A stretch of DNA of 64,000 nucleotides. Origin: Phoronis australis. Lineage: Eukaryota; Animalia; Phoronida. Below the pieces are notes generated by a model. It saw only the letters and a program-made list of their open reading frames with translations, did no database searches and was not told the origin of the DNA. Each line of letters begins with the position of its first letter. Positions within the stretch are counted from its first letter, which is position 1. Made by a program: the position numbers and the translations under genes. Location of the stretch: contig NMRA01000110.1 in the NCBI GenBank assembly GCA_002633005.1, positions 395,850 through 459,849 on the forward strand, read 5' to 3'. Positions 49,939 through 61,499 of the stretch are shown here, in pieces.

Positions 49939-52510
49939 CTAATGATGATGTGGGAAGCACCCGCGAGTAGAATACTTGTCCAGTACTGTACCGTGCACAG
50001 CGTCTATGATACACGTGTGCTGGGTACCTTGAGATACATGTATGTTCATGTAGTGGACTTGATACGCGATGCGACAAATCGTTTCTTGGCCGGGTGTACC
50101 TGCAACGGTAGGTGTTTCGCTTTCATTATAAAGACTCTAAGGTAGTTTTAATCCTGCAATGATAGCGGAAGTGGTGATTTTGCAGAAAATGAATTTCTGT
50201 AGCATGAAATGAGAATGGATACTACGCTCTGCTACGTGTGTCACTATGGCAAAGCTTACAATTGGGTAAATGACGTCGTCACATGGTTACGAATCCTGGG
50301 GTCGACATAGGGCCGGAGACAGTCGAGAGAAAGAAAAAGCGAAAAATCAAGTAAAAGGTGTTTGGTTGTATCGCAGTCTCGCGTGGTCGTAAGTTTCTTG
50401 GGTCTGTTGAACATAGAGTATACCTACCCGTGTATATGTAGAATCTCGTAGATGGGAAGAATACCGTTTGGGGGGCTGTTTGACGAAATGCAAGCTTGCA
50501 CTTTACTATTGCCTCCTGCGGCGTAATCGATGGGGTCACGTTACCTAATAAAGAATTGAATGATAATTAATTCATGTCGGGATGATGTAAAACGTACAAC
50601 ACTGTAAGAAAATCATTGAAGACTGGTGCGTGTTTCAAGAGACCAAATCGATTTTTTGTTTAAAAATTAAGTAGAAAATCGAGCCAATTTTTTTTCATTT
50701 TCTCCAAGACATTGAGAATTGATTTATTAAAAATGTGACTCAAATTGCAACTTATATCCATGGATAGAAAATCGAGTCGATTTCATTTTTCTAATTCACT
50801 TGCGAATCGCACTGTGCAGTCGAGGCCACATTTTCCTCGTCATATGTATACGCCCAGTGTGAGGTCGTGGGCACATTTTCCTCTTCTCATTTTCCACACG
50901 TACAACGACGGTCAGGCCAATACTGTCAGTCGCTTCATTGATTATTGCGACGAGACGATGAAAAACTACTTTGGAACTATCAAAACGGTGTCGCTGAACT
51001 GGTGGATCGGACTTCTATGATAAATAAATATGACGAAGTTGGAACAACATTTTGATGTTATTGCACATCTTCTGAAACAAGAAATTTGCGATGTTATTTC
51101 CTGCTCGCAAGACGACAGGGTCCATCTGATTCGTGCACCTCCATCTCGGACTCCATGAATGAATTTGGGAAAAACTGTTGGATTCCGTCAGCGATCAAAC
51201 CCCGTGATGTGATACGCACCTAAGGTGACCTATGCAAAATTGCAATTCTGTTTCTGAAGCGCTTAACTGGTCGACGCGTCGTCAGGACTGATGCTTCCAT
51301 CTTATTGGTTGACGAGGAAGTTTGACTGATTGACATTCAAATAATTTAAGCTTTTTGCTTTGTTCTTCCGTATTTGCCGATCGCATATGTGCGTAAGAGT
51401 TTAAAGTTTGTAGTGACTTTTAATTCTTACGTTCTGAACTCTGCACTTCCAATGTGAAGAAAATGAAAACCAAGAATAGTGTTTTAATTTTCATTATCTC
51501 AAAAATACGAAGATAATAATTGACTCTTATTTTCTATTTTCGGAGAAATTGTAAGAACGAAAAAGTAAAGCGCGGAAATTGGCTGGATTTTCTAATTTTT
51601 CAGTTTGTTTTCAAAAACAAAAACGATTTGCTCCTTCGTTACACGAACCCACATTGGATGTTTTTAATTGAGAAGCGCTGCAAAAAGACACATCTTGGTC
51701 ACAGTGTGCACTACTTATTTCCGTCACAAATGTGGCGAGGTTGGTATGAATAATTGAACTCATTGGATGAACTAATTGTAATCTGTCCTTCATTTTAATC
51801 TACTAGTTTAAAATAAAGGAGAGATTATCAGTTGATACTAATTAGGATTCAAAATAATTTTAAACAGAGCTCATTTCATTTCAACTTCTTAATTTATCAA
51901 AATTACTAATCCGAACAGTACCAAGAGGAGAAGTAACAATCCACGACGTTTGGTAATGCGTGGTTGTGAAATGAGGATGTTCTCCTTCGGTTATCCATAC
52001 CTCTCAAGTCGTGTCCAACTCCCCTAACAATTTGTCCATACGCCCAGCCGGTGAACACGTCTGCTTCATTACCTTCCCTCGTATTTCTCTCCAATACGAT
52101 GCTGGCGTCATACACCTCCACGCCTTTGTATATCTGTTTATACTTCGCCTGAAGCAAATGATTTTCAACTTTTTTCAAAAATGTGCATTTATTAAAACCA
52201 CTGTTCTATACTTTAAAACATAATTGTCAGAAAGTCGTTTAAAGTTGTGTTTAGTCTTGACTGGCTGACTAGAAATCGAAAATTGAATCGGGTCTTATAT
52301 ATGTCGATAATGACGAACCTTCACAAAGCCTTGAGCGGTGGTGAAAGGTCTACCGGGTACAAGCTGGTCAGCAGCTTGGAAACGGAAAAACAAGTTCCTC
52401 ATTTCAGACATGGTGAAGTTCCTGTCTCTCTGCCGACTTAGTGGCAATCTCTCTTTTATGCAGCCTTCAGAAAATGTCGAGAAAACAATCACTGAAATTG
52501 AAAAAAACAT
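49939..52510 (-). CDS. Secreted M4/thermolysin-family propeptide-only protein (FTP + PepSY), paralog A, 205 aa; shortened signal and tail, possibly decaying
   Basis: complement(join(52319..52510,52001..52148,50428..50544,49939..50099)); same intron positions and phases as paralog B; MFFSISVIVFSTFSEG...AKYKQIYKGVEVYDASIVLE...TPSITPQEAI...RIAYQVHY...CIIDAVHGTVLDKYSTRGCFPHHH*. Confidence 0.72.
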
Positions 52511-54299
52511 AGTAACAAGTTAAAACGAAGGGATCCTGCTTCATTTAGAGGGTTTCAACAAAATCGGCACTTTCAGATCATTCATAAGTCACTAAAAGGT
52601 AGCACAAGTAATCCTTATTTAGCGGTCTTTGTGTTTTATCAAGACGAAGGCAATAGAGACTTGTGTCTGTTGATGTAAAGGAATCTAATGAACTGAAGAG
52701 TATGATGTACAAAGCGTGACTTAGGCTACACAGCTATTTGCATGCACTATAAACATTACATAATGTTGGTGGCTAAGAATAATTATTGTGTACGCCATGA
52801 TTAATTACTCTGACAGTCAGTCTAAACTACTGGAAGCGAACAATGAGCTGACCGTGTTACAGATAGTTCCAGAGATGAGTTACAGTGGCAGATTTAGGAC
52901 ATCATAAGGGGACCCAACATTTTGTCTTGGGCAATCGCGCAAAGCATGAGTGCTTGCGCGCCCGCGGCTTAAATTACTGGGGGGCTCGAAATTTTGTGAA
53001 TGTGGACCTTTATGAAATGAAAAGGTTCCCTTGTTCAACTACTTCACAAATATACAGAAGGGCTTTGACGCCGGCCCTTCATAATTGACTTTGACTCACA
53101 TGAATGTACCGTTTGCATGTTCAACCATCGTATGACATGCGCTCCAGATCCGAGTGTATCGTGGGCGATGTTTTTTTTTCTGGTAAAACAATTAAAGCGG
53201 TTAGTGCACATGCTACACGCTACGTAAATTTGATGGATTTCTCAGTAGAATTTCTAATGAGGTGGCAGTAGTTATTACGGTTGGCAAGCGTTCCTACCTA
53301 GTCATTGCTGGGCGCATCAAATGGCACTCAGTTGTAGAGTCAGATACCAAGCAATAATGAATTGCCCGGAAATCTTTTCTAATTTTACCTGGGGTCAAGA
53401 ATTTGAGATCATTATCATGATTGAAGTCATCCAAATCGTTTGAAGTTTTAATACGTCCTTACGTTTTGTTCTTAGACCTAGATCTGCCCTGGGCAGCCTA
53501 CTTGTTCCATCATGACTTCATAAGCTGAATTTGAACAATTCAAGTCAAACCCAACATTTCCCCAGAACAACAGCTAGTGGATCCGCACAAGTCTCCTGCG
53601 GCCGCTTTATTTCTTCATGAGATTGTGTAGTCATCGCCAGTTCGGCTGCCAAGCCAATACTTCAAAATGTAGTCGGACAATGCGCAGCTTTACCAAGGCA
53701 AATGCACCACAGACATAAAAATCTGTTGAAGTTAACCGAGTCACAGATTGACTAAATGCTCGGGACATTGAAATACTCACCCAAGAGAACCACACTTGTA
53801 GCCATGTCTCTTGCCAGCCAGGTGTGTGCCATGGTTAATTACTCCTAAAACACAGGTGTACGGTGCAGTGACAACACCTGTATTAATCTAAGTATGTAAA
53901 ACAGTAAATGCGTATTCACAGGCGATTGTAAAAATGGACCTGTAGTGGTAATTTCACCACAAATGCTATTTCACTCTGGCGTTAAATATATTTATGTGAG
54001 AATATGGACTCGTCTCACTTATACCCCTTTTTTCTTTCTTTCGGACTGCCGGATCCATCATTAGTCCTGAGTAGATTCGCATGCGGTCCTTTTGCACACG
54101 GGGCACTAGGCTGATGATTATCACGTGCCATAGGGTTAACCTTTGTTCTCAGTAACCATATGTTTCCTGTTTTCTTTGAATTCTGACGAGTATATTGCTT
54201 TGCTATCAAGTTTGTTTTTTAGTTCGCGGAGGAAAATCTTCAAATTTCGACTGAAGTATGTTGCTCTGACACTAAGTTAAGTTGTTTTGTACTTGGCCG

Positions 54300-54780
54300 A
54301 CGAAAAATGTGACCTGTAGACTGCGAACAAAACAAGTAAAAAACTTGACGTCAGAGCAACATACTTGTTGGAATTCGAAGTGAAATTTGCACACAACTTG
54401 TAAACCCAAAAGTCGGGGGAAAAGCCTGCTGTTGGCGTCATGATCGGATTTAAGATGGCGGACGTGGCGGCCACTTTTTATTCATTTTCCGTCTAAGACT
54501 CAAGGAGACCGCAATTTTTTGAGTAAAAAAGTGAAAATTGTCAGGGTTGTTGCGCAAGACGTGTGCTACAGATGTGCAGGATAACATTCAGTGGCGGTCA
54601 AAGATGGCGGAAATATCGCCCATGGCAAATGCGCACTTCGATTTACACTCTATCACAGTGCTAAACGAAAGTATAGGTGGCGCTGTGTCAGAGGGTAACT
54701 TCGATTTCGAGTAAAAAAAGTTTTCTCCTGTAGAGGGCGCAATATCAATCCGATTGCTTCAAAATGTTTTCATATATTAG
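54300..54780. repeat. Interspersed repeat related to 35150-35620
   Basis: Shared motifs as above; several AAGATGGCGG words. Confidence 0.55.
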
Positions 54781-56289
54781 CTCTTAATATTTATCTATAC
54801 TTTCCACCATCACCTCAAATGGTCTATTTAACTAATTCAACCAATTGTAGCGCCATCTGAATTATTACTAGCATTGCAATTGTGTTGCCATCTGTTGTCA
54901 AATGGTTACTTGAATCTACTCCACTTATCTTAATCAGTAGAGCAATCTTGGTGCTTTGAGTTCTTAAATTCATCAAAAATAAAGTTTTTGCATGAACCAT
55001 CTGAAGTATTACTATAATTGCTAGAAGAAAGACCTGCGAGTCAGTGACCGTTGAGCACAGTGCGGAAACATTTGTGCATGAATGAAGACTAAACGATGAT
55101 AATGAAAAAAGCGAACACGGGAATTATATAAGAGGAAATCAAAACCAAAGTCAATCAATAGGCCAAGTATAACCCGCCAAGTATAACCCAGGAAGAGTTT
55201 TTTTTGTTACGACAATGCTTTATTTGATATAGCTGAACAAGTTATAAACACTTCACAGAAAACATCAGAGACTGTCAAAACATCAACATTGAGTCTTTTC
55301 TCACAACATGAGTTTGTGGAAAACTCGCCTACTCGTTATTTAGTGAATGCCAGAACAGAAACTACCAAAACAGCAAAATACCGTGATAAATCTTGTTTCA
55401 CAACATAAGTATCTGGCAATCGAATCGCTAGCATATTGCTTAAAATAACACTCAAAATTACCCTAAATTAAAATCCTATATTTCTGCCGTCACAAACGTT
55501 TGACCTCAGTTGTTTTGGAAGCACAGATTTCATTTATTTTTCAGTTATATTTATGTGTTACACACCAGAGCTGGTATCCGTGATTGAAACTTTAGTTTAG
55601 TTGTAGAACCTTTTCTACTTTAAGCCTTTTTCTTCTTTGTTACATCTCGTTTAAAGAACGAGCTCTCTCATAATTGAATAAGTTTGGCATATCGGCGGTA
55701 GTTAAAAGTATCAACAAATTACTGTGTTCTTAAAATGGTTTGCTTGTTATGAACTTTCAAATCTATTTTCAGACCCTTTTATGTAAAAACGAGCAATGTT
55801 TGGAATTAAATATAAAAATGCAAATATTGCCATGTCCTATAATTCATTATTATTGAAAATTCAAAGTTGCTTAGATTTCAATGTCTCACATTTTAGAGAT
55901 TCTTGAATTGGAGAATTTTTAGCATAGGAAAATATTTTTTCTTCCAAATATGTGCTATCTAAAACAAAAATGGTCAAAAGATTCTGAAATTTTAGCAGTA
56001 AATAAGACGCTTTTCAATTTCAAACAAAAACTATTGCCAACATGACCATTCCTCTATTATCAAAGGCTGAACTACAGTATTAAGGGTGATAAAAATGTTT
56101 CTATGTTTTAAATTGTTTGAAGGCAACTGCACAGTGCAATCAATGCTAGTAATGATGCTCATTTCTCTTAATGCTTACTTTTACTGAGCATACTGACAAA
56201 ACAAAATTCCATCTTTTACTCATACTGTGTGCTAAAGTGAAGAGCATTTTGGTTATTTGTTTCAGTAAAAAGGGTTACTGTTTGTAATA

Positions 56290-56830
56290 AGGCTAAGTGT
56301 TTAGATGAAACGTTATTCAGGTTGACAAAAAATATTCCGGGTATCGTGGAGCAGGCTTGCAAAGATGTTTTTTAAACTTTATCATTAAAGTTGAGCGCAA
56401 CATTTTTGTTTCCTGTCAACTCATGGAAGACATTGAACGGTTTGTATGCAAGCTGTACGTGACTCATCATCAACAGTAAAGCACGTTACCGCATATTCAG
56501 GTTGAAATCTGTGATGGAATCAGCTCTGACTCTTAATCATGACTGTCTGCTGTTACGTGCCAGAAGAACAAACTACCAGTGCGCCATTCACAAACGAGCC
56601 TTTCAACATCATGTCAGTGCACCACTCATCTCCAGTTGGTAATGGTTGCCTTGGAGCAAGGTACAGTAGTATGAGGTTCCACTGGATGACTTTGCCTTTA
56701 GCCCCGAAAATGTCACGACAAATGTTAATTGTAAGTGTGAAGAGTGGTTGTAGTAAAAATGGGCTTTTGTTTGAAGTCGGGCATGTCATGTTCTAAGTAG
56801 TGTGACTGTTGGGATTGTGTAAACACGGTG
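56290..56830 (+). pseudogene. Degenerate AcademX-like transposase C-terminus (XPG-adjacent region + Cys-rich zinc finger)
   Basis: Frameshifted pieces IERFVCKLY..ARYRIF..RARRTNYQCAIHKRA..SPVGNG..HWMTLPLAP..NCKC.SGCS..KSGMSCSK.CDCWDCVN; TAGCC(C)AGCCAGCT end-like motifs near 57544 and 58212. Confidence 0.65.
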
Positions 56831-58723
56831 TGTCAAGAAACAACTTTTTATGACAATAGTAAGGGTATAAATGAGTGGATGAGGAGTGTGTGCTATTTTG
56901 TTAAAGAACTTTAAATTTGTAGCTTAAAGGAAAATATTGACAGCATTTTATTATGCTTGTGAGCCTCAGGACTGCATGTTCCCCTGTGACAGTTGGCATT
57001 GAGCTGCACTGTAGATACTGACAATTAATGGTGACAATTAATGAAAATAATGACAGTAAATTCATTGCAGAAGTGTTGGAAATGTTTGTTGCTCATATGT
57101 AGGTTGTAACATCAAATCTTTTTCAAGTTCCAAACGGTTAACAGTATTGTTCTTTTGTTAGGAGTTCAGAATCTAGTGGTATGTTTTCTACCCAACAGGA
57201 AGCGCTGCTAAATGTTTTCTTTTTCTCTTTTTTGAGCAATTTTCCACCCAATATCATAATATTTATCATTTTTCTTGTGCAATAACTTCAAATTATTGTT
57301 CACTTTTTGTCTAGTGTTGTTGGTTTTTGAAGATTGGTTTTCTGTGCCAAGTTTTGGAAAAATTCTGTTTTTTGAGGACAAATTTCTCGAAAATGTGTAA
57401 GTCAAACCTTGTGAACTTTTTAGATTCTTAAAGTATAGTACTTAATGACATTAAAACACCAAAATTATCTTGCTCCAAAAAAGTGGCCACGGAAGTGATT
57501 TTTGAGGCTTCCTAGTGTCCAACTCGCTGGTTGCCAGCGTGCTTAGCCCAGCCAGCTGCCGTCGCCCCTAGCGGCACGCAGGGAACCAGCGAGAGTGTCC
57601 AATGGACTATGGCCACGCGCATGCGCCATTTCCTAAATTTTCAAGACATCTCGGGAGATAATGATAGCCAATGAGCTATATACAACTCATTGATGGTAGC
57701 TTGGCAGCAGCAAAATTTCTTCTCAATGAAATTCGGTTTTTCGGTATCAAAATTCTAAAAACTCATAATGAAGTGAAACCAGTTCCTATAAACTGTTGTG
57801 ACGTGTACGCAACCTCGTGAAAGAACAACAGTTGATTGAAGAATCGGCGAAAAAAGAAACTGCCCAATAGGTGACGCATACTTCGTGGTGTCGAAAGAGG
57901 ACGCATAAGATCGCTCCACAATTTTAGCTGCAGAATAACGGTAGAACGCCATTTTTTCCAATACCAGAGGAATGGTGTAGTTTTTAATGACACTAATTTT
58001 TTGTCAGATTTTATCTGGTCATTTTTTTACCCACATCGGCGTAAAGCTGTACATTTAGTACACAGCTTTGTACCAAGGCTCGTAACTTCGAAGATAAACA
58101 AAATTCTTTAGTTAAACTCCAAAATTTGCCTTAAGTTTCTAAAAATGAGGTAGAAAATTAAATCTGAAACTAAATCAGGCGATCCAGATCCTCTCAAGGA
58201 TTTGACGAGTGTAGCCAGCCAGCTAGCTGTATGAAGACTGTCCTCAAAATACAGCTAGGTACCGTGTTTCCATATTTTGTATACAGCTTTGTACCAAGAT
58301 TGACGAAATGTAGAATATATATAGGCAAATAAAACAACAAAAATGGATGATCTGATATTTTCGGATATTATGATAACACCCTTTGTAAACAGAAACAGAA
58401 ATAAAGTAAAACCAAACACTATATGACAACTGACATCTGATATCTGGAGTAATGAACATGATACATTGTTGCGGAAAAAGTAAAGGATATAATTTAAGAA
58501 TTCTTTATGTTCAATCCATTAGGTTCAAGAGTGGCTTATGTATCCAAAATTGTTCTCTTTTGAGTCTGTGAGGGGTACTGTGGTATTGGAGATTTTCTAT
58601 TATTTGTACAGAAAGACCTTGAAGATTATAGTTTTTTGGAATTAAAATGATTACCTATGGTATAAGAAATATCTATATTCTCACGGTATAAGAATGTTAG
58701 AGTTAGGGACTGCTCTTGGGTGG

Positions 58724-61499
58724 CTAAAGACGCATGTTAAATGGCGACAAGGGTGGTCGAGGACCGCCGCTAGATGGCATCACGGTGGGGCGTGATGGTT
58801 TGCTGGAGCCTGTACCCGGATCTGAAGAACGAGGTTTCGGGAAGAACTTGAGGGTAGAAAACTTGTCCAGTACTGTACCGTGCACAGCGTCTATGATACA
58901 CGTGTCCTGGGTACCTTTAGATATGCTCAGGTAGCGGACTTGGTACGTGATTCGACAAAACGTTTCTTGGCTTGGTTTACCTGCAACGGTAGGTGTTTCG
59001 TGTTCATGATCAAGACTTTAAAGGTATCGGGTATTTTTAATCTTGCAATGATAGCGGAAGTGGTGATTTTGCTGAAAATGAATTTCTGCAGCATGAAATG
59101 AGAGTCGGTACTACGCTCAGCTACGTGTATCACTATGTCCAATTTTTAAATTGCGTAAATGACGCCGTCACATGGTAGCGAGTCCCGGGGCCGCGGGACA
59201 TAGGGCCGGAGGTAGTCGAGAGAAAAAAAGCGAAACATCAAATAAAAGATAGTGATTTTGGTCGTGTTTGCGAACACAATTTTGATAGAGTTGCTAGTGT
59301 GGGTAGGTCTTTATGCTGAGATTGTTTGATTACCGAACGCGTTTCTGAAACCTACGTACACTGGTGAGAAAAGCTAGGATAATCGCGAGTTAGGTTGTAA
59401 CGCAGTCTCACGTGGTCGTGAGTTTCGTGCGTCTGTGGAATGTAGACGATACCTACCTGTGTATATGTAGAATCTCGTAGATGGGAAGAATACCGTTTGG
59501 GGGGCTGTTTGACAAAATGCAAGCTTGCACTTAATAATTGCCTCCTGCGGCGTAATCGATGGGGTCACGTTACCTATAAAGAATTAAATTATAATTACTA
59601 CACGTCGGATGATGTAAAACGTACAACACTGCAAGAAAATCATTGAAGACTAGAGCGTGTTTAAAGAGACCAAATCGATTTTTTGTTTAAAAACAAACTT
59701 TTAAAAAGGACACATTTTTTATTTTTTGCTTTCTCCAAAAATTGAGAATTCGTTTAGTTATTGATTTATTAAAAATGTGACGAATTGGAACTTATATCCA
59801 TGGATCGAAAATGGAGTCGATTTCATTTTTCTAATTCACTTGTGAAACAGAGTATTCAGAAAATCAAAGTCTTATCCGTTTTTGCCCATTGTGCAGTCGT
59901 GGCCACATTTTCCTCAAGTCATTTTCCGAGGGTCAGGCCAAAGCTGTCAGTCTCTCCATTGATTAGTGCGACGAGACGATAAAAAATTGCCAACCTACTT
60001 GCGAACTATCAAAGCGGTGTCGTTGAACTGGTGGCCGGAATTTTATGATAAATAAATATGACGAAGTTGGAACATTTTTATGTTATTGCACATCTTCTGA
60101 AACAAGGAATTTGCGAGGTTATTTCCTGCTCGCAGTTACCAAGACGACAGGGTCCATCCTGATTCGTGCACCTTAATCTCGGACTCCATGAATGAATTTG
60201 GGTAAAACTGTTGGATTCCGTCAGCGATCAAACCACGTGATGTGATACGCACCTAAGGTGATCTATGCAAAGTTGGCTGTTTCTGAAGCGCTTAAGTGGA
60301 CAAGTCGTCAGGACCGATGCTTCAATCTTATTGGTTGACTAAGAAGTTTGACTTTGATTGACATCCAAAAAGATTTGAGCTTGTTGTTTTTGTATACCGT
60401 ATTCACTGATCGCATATGTGCGTAAGAGTCTAATGCAATGTAAAGAAAACGAAAATCAAGGGTAGTGTTTTAATTTTCCGAAAACTTGATAATTAATTCA
60501 TTTTTAATTTTTTTTAAATTTTCCATTTTTCGGATAAATTGAAGAACGAAAAAATAAAACATGGAAAGTTTGCTGGATTTTATAATTTTTCAATTTGTTT
60601 AAAAAAAATCGATTTGGTCTTTTGATACACAAACCCAGAGAATCATCACTAAGTCCTGATTCAGTGTGACCAAATATTTCCGTCACAAATGTGGCGAGGT
60701 TGGTATAAACAATGAGCTAAACACAACATTAAGCTCATAGGCCCTAGGATTCAAAATAATTTTAAACATAGTTTTAACAGAGATATCATTTCAACTTAGT
60801 AACTAAATTACTAATTCAAGTAGTACCCTGAAGAGAAGTAACAATCCACGACGTTGGGCAATTCGTGGTTGTGCTTAAATTCCGAAATGTTTATGAAATG
60901 GAGATTTTCACCTTCGGTTATGCATACCTCTCAAGTCGTGTCCAACGCCCCTAACAATTTGTCCATACGCCCAGCCGGTGAACACGTCTGCTTCATTACC
61001 TTCCCTTGTATTCCTCTCCAATACGATGCTGGCGTCATACACCTCCACGCCTTTGTATATCTGTTTATACTTCGCCTGAAGCGAATGATTTTCAACATTT
61101 TTCAAAAATGTGCAGTTATTAAAACCGCTGTTCTAAACTTTGAACATAATTGTCAGAAAGTCATTTAAAATTGCGTTAAGCCTTGATTGGCTGACTAGAA
61201 ATCGAAAATTGAATCGGGCCTTTTACTCTTGTCAATCAGTTTAAATTGATAATACGGCGATAAAGACGAACCTTAACAAAGCCTTGAGCGGTGGTGAAAG
61301 GTCTACCGGCGACAAGTTGGTCGGCAGCTTGGAAACGGAAAAACAACATCCTCATTTCAGACAGGGTGAAGTTCCTGTTTCTCTGCCGACGTAGTGGCAA
61401 TCTCTCTTTTAAGCAGCACTCAGAAAATGTCGAGAAAACAATCACTAAAATTGAAAAAAGCATAGCAATAAGACGTGAACGGATCGGATATTGCTTCAT
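58724..61499 (-). CDS. Secreted M4/thermolysin-family propeptide-only protein (signal peptide + FTP + PepSY + Pro/Ser tail), paralog B, 249 aa
   Basis: complement(join(61272..61499,60928..61075,59457..59573,58724..58980)); GT-AG introns, phases 0/1/1, 750 nt. Hydrophobic N-terminus MKQYPIRSRLIAMLFSILVIVFSTFSEC; FTP-like KAKYKQIYKGVEVYDASIVLE...GQIVRGVGHDL; PepSY-like TPSITPQEAI...FYIY...RITYQVRY...CIIDAVHGTVLDKFS; ends ...PRPPLSPFNMRL*. No HExxH motif. Confidence 0.8.
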
